A stretch of 62,981 nucleotides of DNA, filler included, from Thraustochytrium aureum (lineage: Eukaryota), in assembly GCA_012862495.1 (NCBI GenBank). It is 8 parts of 3 records of this genome, joined end to end, with 100 filler letters (N's around TTAATTAATTAA, not from the genome) between each part and the next. Parts side by side here need not be neighbours in the genome. Positions count along the whole stretch, not along the records: positions 51,946 to 57,580 come from BLSG01000460.1; positions 57,681 to 62,981 come from BLSG01000460.1; 6 more parts are not named here. One strand, 5' to 3'. Position 1 is the stretch's first letter. Every line of letters starts with the position of its first letter. Below, one piece after another: positions 53,310 through 62,981 of the stretch. The position numbers and the translations under genes are program-made. The notes under the pieces are model-generated. The model saw only the letters and a program-made list of their open reading frames with translations. It had not been told where the DNA came from and made no database searches.

Positions 53310-54218
53310 CGCGATGGCTGCCTGCCTGTACCTGNNNNNNNNNNNNNNNNNNNNNNNNNNNNNNNNNNNNNNNNNNNNNNNNNNNNNNNNNNNNNNNNNN
53401 NNNNNNNNNNNNNNNNNNNNNNNNNNNNNNNNNNNNNNNNNNNNNNNNNNNNNNNNNNNNNNNNNNNNNNNNNNNNNNNNNNNNNNNNNNNNNNNNNNNN
53501 NNNNNNNNNNNNNNNNNNNNNNNNNNNNNNNNNNNNNNNNNNNNNNNNNNNNNNNNNNNNNNNNNNNNNNNNNNNNNNNNNNNNNNNNNNNNNNNNNNNN
53601 NNNNNNNNNNNNNNNNNNNNNNNNNNNNNNNNNNNNNNNNNNNNNNNNNNNNNNNNNNNNNNNNNNNNNNNNNNNNNNNNNNNNNNNNNNNNNNNNNNNN
53701 NNNNNNNNNNNNNNNNNNNNNNNNNNNNNNNNNNNNNNNNNNNNNNNNNNNNNNNNNNNNNNNNNNNNNNNNNNNNNNNNNNNNNNNNNNNNNNNNNNNN
53801 NNNNNNNNNNNNNNNNNNNNNNNNNNNNNNNNNNNNNNNNNNNNNNNNNNNNNNNNNNNNNNNNNNNNNNNNNNNNNNNNNNNNNNNNNNNNNNNNNNNN
53901 NNNNNNNNNNNNNNNNNNNNNNNNNNNNNNNNNNNNNNNNNNNNNNNNNNNNNNNNNNNNNNNNNNNNNNNNNNNNNNNNNNNNNNNNNNNNNNNNNNNN
54001 NNNNNNNNNNNNNNNNNNNNNNNNNNNNNNNNNNNNNNNNNNNNNNNNNNNNNNNNNNNNNNNNNNNNNNNNNNNNNNNNNNNNNNNNNNNNNNNNNNNN
54101 NNNNNNNNNNNNNNNNNNNNNNNNNNNNNNNNNNNNNNNNNNNNNNNNNNNNNNNNNNNNNNNNNNNNNNNNNNNNNNNNNNNNNNNNNNNNNNNNNNNN
54201 NNNNNNNNNNNNNNNNNN

Positions 54219-55052
54219 GCCGCTCGCCAGCGGCTGCACGACGCCTCAGCCGCAAGGTGTCGGGATGGCTGGACCTCTGACCCGCTGCAAACGCGAGGCA
54301 AACAAGCGAGCGCCCCACGGCCTGGCCAAACCGCCAGCCTGGACGGCGCAACGAGGAGCGACCCCCAAGCGCCCAGCGCAGACTCGACCGCCGAGCGCAA
54401 GGCGGGACAGGGCAAGCTCGAGCAGCCGGTCCCTGCGCAAGCTGAAAAGGGGTACGCTGGCTGGCGCAGAAGCGGGCCGCTCCAGCGCCGCATTTCGTCC
54501 AACCAGTCGAAGCGCCAAGCCACCAGTCTTGATCAAGGAGACCAGCCTATTCAGTATGAAAACAGCAGCTCGGGCGCCGCTGAGAGCCATTCCGAAGAGT
54601 CACGAGCCAGTGAAGGGACAGGCTCCGAGGTTTCTGACCCTACAACGGCGGAGGCGAGCTTGGGGCCCGACCCGCAGCGCGACGAGGCCGGGGTTGACGA
54701 GGCTGCCGCAGAACCGCGAAAACCTCGCGCAGCGCTGCAAAGGGTCCGGCTCGCTAGTGCGGAGCGCGCGCGTCTCCCGATGCGGCCAATCATTAGCCCC
54801 GTCGCCGCGCGGACAGACGCCCTGACTCTGCCAATCTTGTTCCACGCGGGGCCAAAGTCAAGCTCGATGAAGGGGAGGCGGGCGAGGCTGCTAGCGCTGA
54901 CACGAGCCAGCTCGGCCACGCCGATGAGTAAGGCGCGCGAGCGGCTCGCTGAGCTTTGCATTGGGGACGCAAAGAGCGTCGTTTCGGCGCGCGCCGCGCA
55001 GGCGGAGGATTCCGAGGCGAGGCGACGGGTCGCCGCTGGCTCGCGGGGCTGA
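54219..55052 (+). CDS. Low-complexity hypothetical protein, C-terminal fragment
   Basis: ~275 open codons after a gap, Ser/Ala/Arg-rich, convergent with the GNAT gene. Confidence 0.4.
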   Translation, partial: AARQRLHDASAARCRDGWTSDPLQTRGKQASAPRPGQTASLDGATRSDPQAPSADSTAERKAGQGKLEQPVPAQAEKGYAGWRRSGPLQRRISSNQSKRQATSLDQGDQPIQYENSSSGAAESHSEESRASEGTGSEVSDPTTAEASLGPDPQRDEAGVDEAAAEPRKPRAALQRVRLASAERARLPMRPIISPVAARTDALTLPILFHAGPKSSSMKGRRARLLALTRASSATPMSKARERLAELCIGDAKSVVSARAAQAEDSEARRRVAAGSRG

Positions 55053-55143
55053 GCCAGCGGTTGCTCTCGTCGAGAATTCAAGTTGATCTGGCCAAGATGA
55101 GACCGTAAAAACAAAGCATTCGCTGTGCGCGCCAAGTCAAGCG

Positions 55144-55518
55144 CTAGTTGACGTCTGCAGGCAGCGGTTTGAGGTAGACGAAGAAGAGGCACGGGTCGTT
55201 GAGCCGGTCGGCCAAGTGCGGAAAAGCGGCGGCAAACTCTGCCGGCTCTCCGCGAATGTAGCCCATGCGCGAGTACCACTCGTGCAGGCGCTGTTTGGCC
55301 GGGTGGACCTTGTCGCGCGGTTGCAAGACCTCAAGCTGGATCTCGTGGCAGCCCGCGTCTCGTGCGGCCTGCTCGCACCCGAGCACGAGTTGCTTGCCCA
55401 GCCCTTGGCCAAGCAGCTCTTCAGCAACAGCGAGCATGCCGAGCTCGGCACGACCGGGGCCGAACGCGGTGTCGCACAGCACGCTGCCCACGACCCGCGA
55501 GCTGCTGCCTGCAGTTTC
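55144..55518 (-). CDS. GNAT family N-acetyltransferase (5' part in gap)
   Basis: RVVGSV, ELGMLAVAEELLGQGLGKQLV (motif A), IQLEV, LHEWYSRMGY. Confidence 0.88.
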   Translation of the reverse strand, partial: ETAGSSSRVVGSVLCDTAFGPGRAELGMLAVAEELLGQGLGKQLVLGCEQAARDAGCHEIQLEVLQPRDKVHPAKQRLHEWYSRMGYIRGEPAEFAAAFPHLADRLNDPCLFFVYLKPLPADVN

Positions 55519-56493
55519 NNNNNNNNNNNNNNNNNNNNNNNNNNNNNNNNNNNNNNNNNNNNNNNNNNNNNNNNNNNNNNNNNNNNNNNNNNNNNNNNNN
55601 NNNNNNNNNNNNNNNNNNNNNNNNNNNNNNNNNNNNNNNNNNNNNNNNNNNNNNNNNNNNNNNNNNNNNNNNNNNNNNNNNNNNNNNNNNNNNNNNNNNN
55701 NNNNNNNNNNNNNNNNNNNNNNNNNNNNNNNNNNNNNNNNNNNNNNNNNNNNNNNNNNNNNNNNNNNNNNNNNNNNNNNNNNNNNNNNNNNNNNNNNNNN
55801 NNNNNNNNNNNNNNNNNNNNNNNNNNNNNNNNNNNNNNNNNNNNNNNNNNNNNNNNNNNNNNNNNNNNNNNNNNNNNNNNNNNNNNNNNNNNNNNNNNNN
55901 NNNNNNNNNNNNNNNNNNNNNNNNNNNNNNNNNNNNNNNNNNNNNNNNNNNNNNNNNNNNNNNNNNNNNNNNNNNNNNNNNNNNNNNNNNNNNNNNNNNN
56001 NNNNNNNNNNNNNNNNNNNNNNNNNNNNNNNNNNNNNNNNNNNNNNNNNNNNNNNNNNNNNNNNNNNNNNNNNNNNNNNNNNNNNNNNNNNNNNNNNNNN
56101 NNNNNNNNNNNNNNNNNNNNNNNNNNNNNNNNNNNNNNNNNNNNNNNNNNNNNNNNNNNNNNNNNNNNNNNNNNNNNNNNNNNNNNNNNNNNNNNNNNNN
56201 NNNNNNNNNNNNNNNNNNNNNNNNNNNNNNNNNNNNNNNNNNNNNNNNNNNNNNNNNNNNNNNNNNNNNNNNNNNNNNNNNNNNNNNNNNNNNNNNNNNN
56301 NNNNNNNNNNNNNNNNNNNNNNNNNNNNNNNNNNNNNNNNNNNNNNNNNNNNNNNNNNNNNNNNNNNNNNNNNNNNNNNNNNNNNNNNNNNNNNNNNNNN
56401 NNNNNNNNNNNNNNNNNNNNNNNNNNNNNNNNNNNNNNNNNNNNNNNNNNNNNNNNNNNNNNNNNNNNNNNNNNNNNNNNNNNNNNNNNNNNN

Positions 56494-57154
56494 CGAGCTG
56501 GAAGGGCTGGACGCGCAGCAGGGGTTTCGCCGCTTTCGGCCACTGAGCAGCTCGCGCAACTTTCTTCAAGTCGTGTCGTCCACGCCCGAGCGCCGCATTG
56601 TCAAGGTTGTGTTCGTCAACCGGAGTGCTGGCATCCTCGCTGGCGTTGTTCGCTTTGGGCCAGACGTGGAGGGCCCGCCAAGAAGCGTGCACGGCGGGTG
56701 CTCGGCGGCGGTGGCGGACGCCTGCCTGGGGATCTTGGCGCACCACGTCTCGCTGTTGCCGTGCCTCACGGCCAACCTCCACGTCAATTACCGCCGCAAG
56801 ATACCGCTGGGGAGCGCGGTCGGCGTTGTGTGCCACCTTGTCCGCAAGGAGGGGCGGAAGATTCACCTCGCGTTCCGCTTCTTTCGTCTCTCGCGCGGGT
56901 CCATGGCGCAAGCCGTGGCGCCTCTGCTTGACGCGGCCGGCGCCGGGAGCGGCACCGGCGAGCTCGGCGGGCTCGACGAGCTCGAGATGCAGGAGCTCGC
57001 CTTTGACGAAGAGGACGGGTTCCTCAGTGCAGCACACAGCAGCGAGTCAGACCCGTCCGGCGGAACAAGAGCAGGGCAACGCGGCACGTTTGTCGAAGGC
57101 ACAGCCCTCTTCGTGCAGGTCGGCACCGGCCTGTTGCCCTCCAGCATCAGCTGA
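56494..57154 (+). CDS. Hotdog-fold acyl-CoA thioesterase (THEM4/PaaI-like), 5' part in gap
   Basis: FGPDVEGPPRSVHGGCSAAVAD, CLTANLHVNYRRKIPLG, EGRKIHL, FVEGTALFV. Confidence 0.88.
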
Positions 57155-57680
57155 TCGGCACGTCTGCATCCGCATCTCCGCTGCACGTTCTTGCAAGCAA
57201 GCAAAAGCCACTCGACCAGAACGAGCGAACGGCCGTCGCGCGACCGGCCAGCCGGCCGGCGATCTCGCGCAGTGCAGCTGGCAATCGACAGGACGTGACA
57301 TGATTCAACTCCACCATCCCGAGCGCATGCATGAACAGCGGAGCGGGCCAAACCCTCTACATTCAAAATCAACTCTTGAACGGTCAATACAATAATAAAC
57401 GGAAACCAGCGAAAATATATTGAATTTCAATCCAGGTTCCCGGTTCTGCAGTCGCAACAAGCAGTCAACCAACGCAGCAGCAGCAGCAGCAGACGCCCAG
57501 CGCGGCGAAGGCTCCCCTCCCACTCAGTCCGGCCACCCAGCGCAGTCATCCATCGCAGCAGCAGAGCAGCAGCAGCAGGCNNNNNNNNNNNNNNNNNNNN
57601 NNNNNNNNNNNNNNNNNNNNNNNNTTAATTAATTAANNNNNNNNNNNNNNNNNNNNNNNNNNNNNNNNNNNNNNNNNNNN

Positions 57681-60600
57681 GCGAGGCGCCCCCTGCACCC
57701 ACACTGGCGCTGCCGGTGGACACAGCGGCATCAAATCAAGCGCGTCCCCCCTCCTCCGCCTCCGCCTCCGCCTCCTCGACGCTCGCGCAACGCCGAGCCC
57801 CTCAACGAGGTGGAAGGCAACAGTCGACGCTGCGGTCGCTCGGTGGCGGTAGAGCTCCCCCCGTTGGCGCGGCACGCGGTAGCCACGACGGGGACTTTGA
57901 GCTTGCGCAGGACTTGCCGGACCAGCGAGAGAGCCCCAGGCTCGCCTTCGACGAGGAGGCCATGCACACGTGGGTCTTCCCGAAAAGCCCTGCTTACCCA
58001 GTGAGGGAGTACCAGCAGCGCATCGCAGAAACGGCCTTGTTCGAGAACACGCTGGTCGTGCTTCCAACCGGGCTCGGCAAGACCCTCATTAGCGCAGTGG
58101 TAATTCTCAACATCATGCGCTGGTTCCCCACGGGCAAGGTGATCTTCATGGCGCCCACAAAGCCGCTGGTGACGCAGCAGATCTCTGCAATCCAAAACAT
58201 CGCCGGCATCCAGTCCAACCTGATCGCGCGTATGATGGGCTCGGTGACCACGCCAGCGACGCGCAAGGCCATTTGGAAGGAGCGCCGCCTCTTTTTCTGC
58301 ACACCTCAAACCGCGCTGCTCGACTGCCAGGCCGGCATCTTGCCGTGCGACGAGGTCGCGCTCGTCGTCATCGACGAAGCGCACCGCGCGCAGGGCAAGT
58401 ACTCTTTCGTGGGCGTGGTCAAGGAGATCCGCCAGCGCACCTTCAACTTTCGCGTCCTGGCCCTCAGCGCAACGCCGGGCAAGGACCGCAAAACGGTGCA
58501 GAACGTGGTGGACAGCCTGCTGATTTCGCGCATCGAGATCCGCTCCGAGACGGACCCCGACGTCAAGCCGTACGTGTTTTCCAAGTCGCTCAACCTCGAG
58601 GTGGTCAAAATGTCGCCAGTGTGCCAAGCGCTCGCCAAGGATCTGAACGATATGGCTCGCGTAGTGCTCAAGGAGGCGGTCGAGGTCCCTGGATGCCCCT
58701 CCATCCTGCGCAAGGCCCCCGAAAACCTCTCGCATGCGATGGTGGCCAAACTCCAGGGCGCCCCGCCAGGGTACGGTCAAGGCGGCTTTCAAGAGTTTTA
58801 CCGGCTGCGGTCAAAGCTGTCTGTGCTGCAGTTTATCCTATCGGCGCGTCACAGCCTCTCGTCAGCTGGGCTTCGCGTCCTTGCGGATATGCTCGAGCGT
58901 ACGGACGGGTCCACGTCGAACGCCAAGGCGAAGGACGAATTTTTGCGCACGCCGGCGTTCAAGGACTTTCACAAGCGGGTAAAGGCCCTGCGCGACGACC
59001 CCGAGGGGAACCCAAAGCTGCTCAAGCTCTCGTCCATCCTCTCCGACCACTTTGCCAGGTACCGCGCGGCCAAGAAGACCACCAGCGCGATCGTGTTTGC
59101 CCACAACCGCGCCACTGTCGCGGAGATTTGCGCGTTCATCACCAGGAGCACGGACCTTCGCGTCTCGCCCTTCGTGGGCCAGTCAGACGCTGCCAAGGGC
59201 AAGAAGCGCACCTTTGTGCCCAAGCCTGGCGCAAAGTCGAGGAGCGAGAGCTGCAGTCGAGACGCGGGCGGAGACGATGGCGGCTTGGAGGAGGGAGACG
59301 AGAACAGCGACCTCGAGAACGACGCTGGGGCCGCAAACCACGAACTCGACCCTGCAGAGGAGGAAGAGGAGGAAGAGATGGTAGAATCTGTGGCCACGCG
59401 CGGGCTCAAGCAAAAGGAGCAGCAGCAGATTGTGCGCAGCTTCCGCGCGGGCCAGATCGACGTGTTGGTTGCGACCTCAATCGGCGAAGAAGGCCTAGAC
59501 ATCGGCTCGGTGGACGTGATTGTGTGCTTTGACTCACTAAAGTCGCCGATTCGCACCGTGCAGCGCTTTGGCCGCGCTGGGCGCAAGCGCTCCGGCGCCG
59601 TGTACGTGCTGTGCGCCGCTGGCAAGGAGGAGGAGGACTACAAGAACGGGATGACCAAGTCCAACTCTGTGACCAAGCTCCTCCGGTCTGGCAAGATCCA
59701 ACTCTCGGCGAGCTCGCCGCGCCTGCTTCCGCCGATGGTGCGGCCGCGCATCGACGCGCGCGAGATCAAGCTGGACGACCTGCATTGCTCGCAGATAGCA
59801 GGGTCGTCGCAAAACCTCGTCAAAGAGCGCGAGGAGAGGAAGAAGACCAAGGCTGCCGCAGTCAGGGCCAAGCGGCCAGGCGCCGCGTCAAACGGACCCG
59901 ACCGCCGCAAGGCTCCTGCTCCTCTGACCCCAGAGGAGCTCAAACGGCTCGTGTGGATTCAAGCCCCAAGCGCGTTGTGCGCTCTGGAGCAGATCGTGAC
60001 TCCCTGCCGCACGCGCGACTTTGGCAAGGGAGCTCTTGGAGGCTCCTCAAGGTCGCGCCGGCTCGCGGCGTTCTACACTTTTGTCGACGAGGGGGGCTGG
60101 GCCGCGTCGGCCACGCACAAGGCTCTCGCCGAGCTGTCCCAGGCCTCTTCCCAGCTCAGCGCCGATGAGCTGGACCTGCAGACCACCACCGATCTGCGGA
60201 ATCGCGCGCGGCGCAAGCAAAATGCCGCCGCAGCCATCATCACAGCGCACGCTCAATCGAGCAAGCCGCCTGCTTCTCGACTCGAGCCCGCATCACGAAG
60301 CGCGTGTGTATCCGAGCACGGAGGCGCGCCGGTGGATCGTGCGGTGCGCTCCAGAAGCGCCTCGCCGAGCCCCGTACCTGACGCCCGAGTACCCAATGCC
60401 GCGCCTCAGATCGACCTGTGCGGGAGCGGCTCGGAGGATGAAAGCTCGCGCGGCGCTCGTGGCGACGACTCGAGCCCAAGGTCCAGCCGGCGGCCCTCCC
60501 AGCGCGCCTCGCTAGGCCTCGCTAGCCCGGCAAAACCCGCCGGGCCGCGGACTCAGTCGACGGTTGGAACCTCGCAATCGACCGCCGCGAAGCAGATCGG

Positions 60601-62981
60601 CGCCCTTCGGGGTACTGTTTCCGGCGGGGGTTTGCCGCAGGACAACTCTAAGAACCCCGCGGAGGGTTCGAGCTCCTCTGAAGATGAGCTTGACATTTTT
60701 GCAGACCGGCCGCTCCGTCGGTGGTCCCCAGTTCCTTCGCCAAGCCCTGCGCCACAAGTTCGCCGCCGAAAGGCGCCGCTGACAGCGGGCGCGAGCGCCG
60801 CTTCGGCGAACGAGCTCGCTGCGCCAAGCGAGTCGCCAAGCGAGTCGCCACGCGCGTCGCCAGTCGTCCCACGCTGCGAGCTAAAGGGCCGTAGCCGACG
60901 CGAGCAGCCGCACTCTGGCCTCCTCTCCTTGGCGAAGCGAAAGCGGGCGCGATCGCCAACCGGCCTCGGCGCGCTCGAGGACCAAGTGGAGCCCGGCGAG
61001 TGCTCTGAGCCAACTGGACCGCGCAAGCGCGCTCAAGCGGCTCGGGTCCCCACAGATGAAGAGGCGCCGCCTCCAGCCGTCTCGAGCCTCAGCGAGCGGC
61101 CCGGGCAAGGGCCCGCAGCCGCGCAGAGAGAACCCAAGTTTAAATCCGGCGNNNNNNNNNNNNNNNNNNNNNNNNNNNNNNNNNNNNNNNNNNNNNNNNN
61201 NNNNNNNNNNNNNNNNNNNNNNNNNNNNNNNNNNNNNNNNNNNNNNNNNNNNNNNNNNNNNNNNNNNNNNNNNNNNNNNNNNNNNNNNNNNNNNNNNNNN
61301 NNNNNNNNNNNNNNNNNNNNNNNNNNNNNNNNNNNNNNNNNNNNNNNNNNNNNNNNNNNNNNNNNNNNNNNNNNNNNNNNNNNNNNNNNNNNNNNNNNNN
61401 NNNNNNNNNNNNNNNNNNNNNNNNNNNNNNNNNNNNNNNNNNNNNNNNNNNNNNNNNNNNNNNNNNNNNNNNNNNNNNNNNNNNNNNNNNNNNNNNNNNN
61501 NNNNNNNNNNNNNNNNNNNNNNGCGTCCAGATTCGGTCCCAACCAGAACAAGCCCGGTGGAGCTGGCGTCGTGGTCGCTGTGCACGAAGACCTTACGTAT
61601 GATGTGCGCTACGTCGTCGGGTCGGGCACTGAGCGGCGCATCCCAGAAGAGCTCATCAAACCGGGAATCGATCCGTCCGAGAGGCGAGCCCCTCGAGCCT
61701 CGTCACGCGCTTCGCTCAGCATCCCAGGCTTGTACGCCGAGTCGGAGGAGGACGACTTGGAGGGAAATGATGGCGAGGACCGGCTTGCACGGCCGAGTCC
61801 AGCTCTCGAGGCCGAAGCGAGTCTTCTGCGCAAGCTGCCGCAACAGCAACCGTCGACGTGGACCAGGCCCCCATGGAAGCCCTGTCAGGGAGCAGTAGCG
61901 GTGACGCCGACTTTGTCGCTGTTGAGCCGTCCCCGCGGCCACGGCAGAAGAGCCCGGCCTCTCGGCGCCCAGAGCCCACTAAAGCACTTTGTGCTGTCAA
62001 GCCCGGTGCCGTGGCGGAGAAGGCCGCGGCAGCCACGACGGGCTTGAGGCCAGGTAAGCGGACCGGCTCTGCCCCCGCGCCCGAGCCTTTCAAGCTTAGC
62101 GGGCGGCCAGGAGCGCCATCTCCTGCCGAGCGCGCTGGAACAGATTCGCTTGGTGCTCTTGACGCAGACGACGCCGAGTCGCTGGTCGGCGACGATGTTC
62201 CCCTGCCCCCAGGAATGACAGCCACGGCGGCCACATATTTGCCGCTCGGGCACAACAAGCTCTGTGCAGCGTGCGGGCTTCCGGGCGCTCCTGGCGTGCC
62301 GTTCGCGAGGTGCGCAGACCGTCGGTGCCGTGTCCCTGTTCACGCAGACTGTATTGGTGGCGCATCGCAGCTCGGCTGGCGTTGCGACGCGTGCGCTGTC
62401 GGGGTCACGCCAGACAAGGCGCTCCAGCGCATGTGTATTCTCTGCAGCCGCTCCGACGGACTTTTGGTTAAAGCGGGGAGCGGTGCTTGGGCCCACCTGA
62501 TCTGCTGTGCGTTGAACGACTGCATCGCAGTTGAGCAAGGCCCGGGCGGCGCGGTGCTGCACGTTGGGATCGTGGAGGCCCTTCGGTCAGGGTCGCTACG
62601 AATTCACGAAGAGATGTGCAGTATCTGCGAGCGGGCTGTCGGCGCCTGCGTATCGTGCGCCGTGCCACTTTGCACTGTGCGCGCCCATGCCTCGTGTTTG
62701 CTTGCGAGACGTGCAATTGGGCCCGGACCAGCCCCGTATTGCATAAAACACGCTGAGCAGCTCGCCCGGAAACGCGCCGCAGAGCGAACCTCGAGTGAAG
62801 GCCCGACGCTCCCGAAGCCTGTTTGTGAATTGGCCCATCCTGGCACAGACGACGAGCCGATCGAGACCATCGCCGCAAGCACGCTGGGCGAGGAGGCCAG
62901 CCCTCCGCGGTCTCCGAGGGCCGGTGCGAAAAGGCGGCGCCCGCCGTCGGTTCCAGCCCCATCGAGCCTCGCCGCGTCGCC
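57681..62981 (+). CDS. FANCM: FANCM/Mph1 DEAH translocase, apparently extended by Tudor-like and PZP domains (gap 61152-61522, frameshift ~61771-61860, open at window end)
   Basis: PVREYQ, NTLVVLPTGLGKT, FMAPTKPLVTQQ, FFCTPQT, VIDEAHRA, LALSATPG, PKLLKL, FVGQS, LVATSIGEEGLDIG, VQRFGRAGRKRSG. A downstream frame-1 ORF encodes PHD-Zn knuckle-PHD. Confidence 0.9.

Noticed and set aside
3554..57154. Long ORFs spanning N runs and long antisense/overlapping ORFs in the ORF track
   Set aside because: Artefacts of translating gaps as X and of high GC3 suppressing stops on the opposite strand; they have no motifs.
12644..57636. Seven regularly recurring TTAATTAATTAA palindromes
   Set aside because: Always centred in fixed-length N padding with stops in all frames. 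These are artificial scaffold linkers, so gene adjacency across them is not evidence.
1..62981. Widespread pseudogenisation suggested by frameshifts
   Set aside because: The shifts hit otherwise intact conserved genes without nonsense codons and sometimes coincide with N calls, consistent with low-coverage homopolymer errors.

Overview
Eukaryotic, GC-rich, intron-poor draft sequence, probably a flagellated stramenopile such as a labyrinthulomycete/thraustochytrid. This is inferred from the flagellar genes IQUB and CYB5D1, a single visible GT-AG intron, and stramenopile-type Tudor-like and PT-repeat motifs. The window is at least 8 scaffolds joined by artificial N-TTAATTAATTAA-N linkers, with many internal gaps and 1-nt frameshifts that look like sequencing errors. 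Ordinary genes: USP9X/24/34-like protein, RPN6/PSMD11, peroxisomal crotonase, SLC10/BASS transporter, glutaredoxin, ankyrin protein, IQUB, SDR-like protein, RING protein, CYB5D1, GNAT, hotdog thioesterase and FANCM. There is also an intact Ty1/copia gag-pol. The main discovery is a lower-GC island (~7.6-26.8 kb) with four paralogues of an unannotated ~1000-aa protein. The family carries SF2-helicase motifs of the Z1-associated type known from prokaryotic restriction/defence operons (VQSGKS, FDEDD, TATP, GRG, LxQSLRVSG), plus NLS-like motifs and acidic inserts. Three copies keep the motifs wherever they are visible; Walker A is seen only in copy 3 because it falls in unassembled sequence in copies 1 and 2. 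The fourth is a motif-dead pseudo-helicase with a HeH/SAP-like N-terminus and a coiled-coil tail, lying head-to-head with an intact copy. Also notable: a TIR-NACHT-WD40 NLR-like gene with a probably inactive TIR, and FANCM apparently fused to Tudor-like and PZP chromatin-reader domains.
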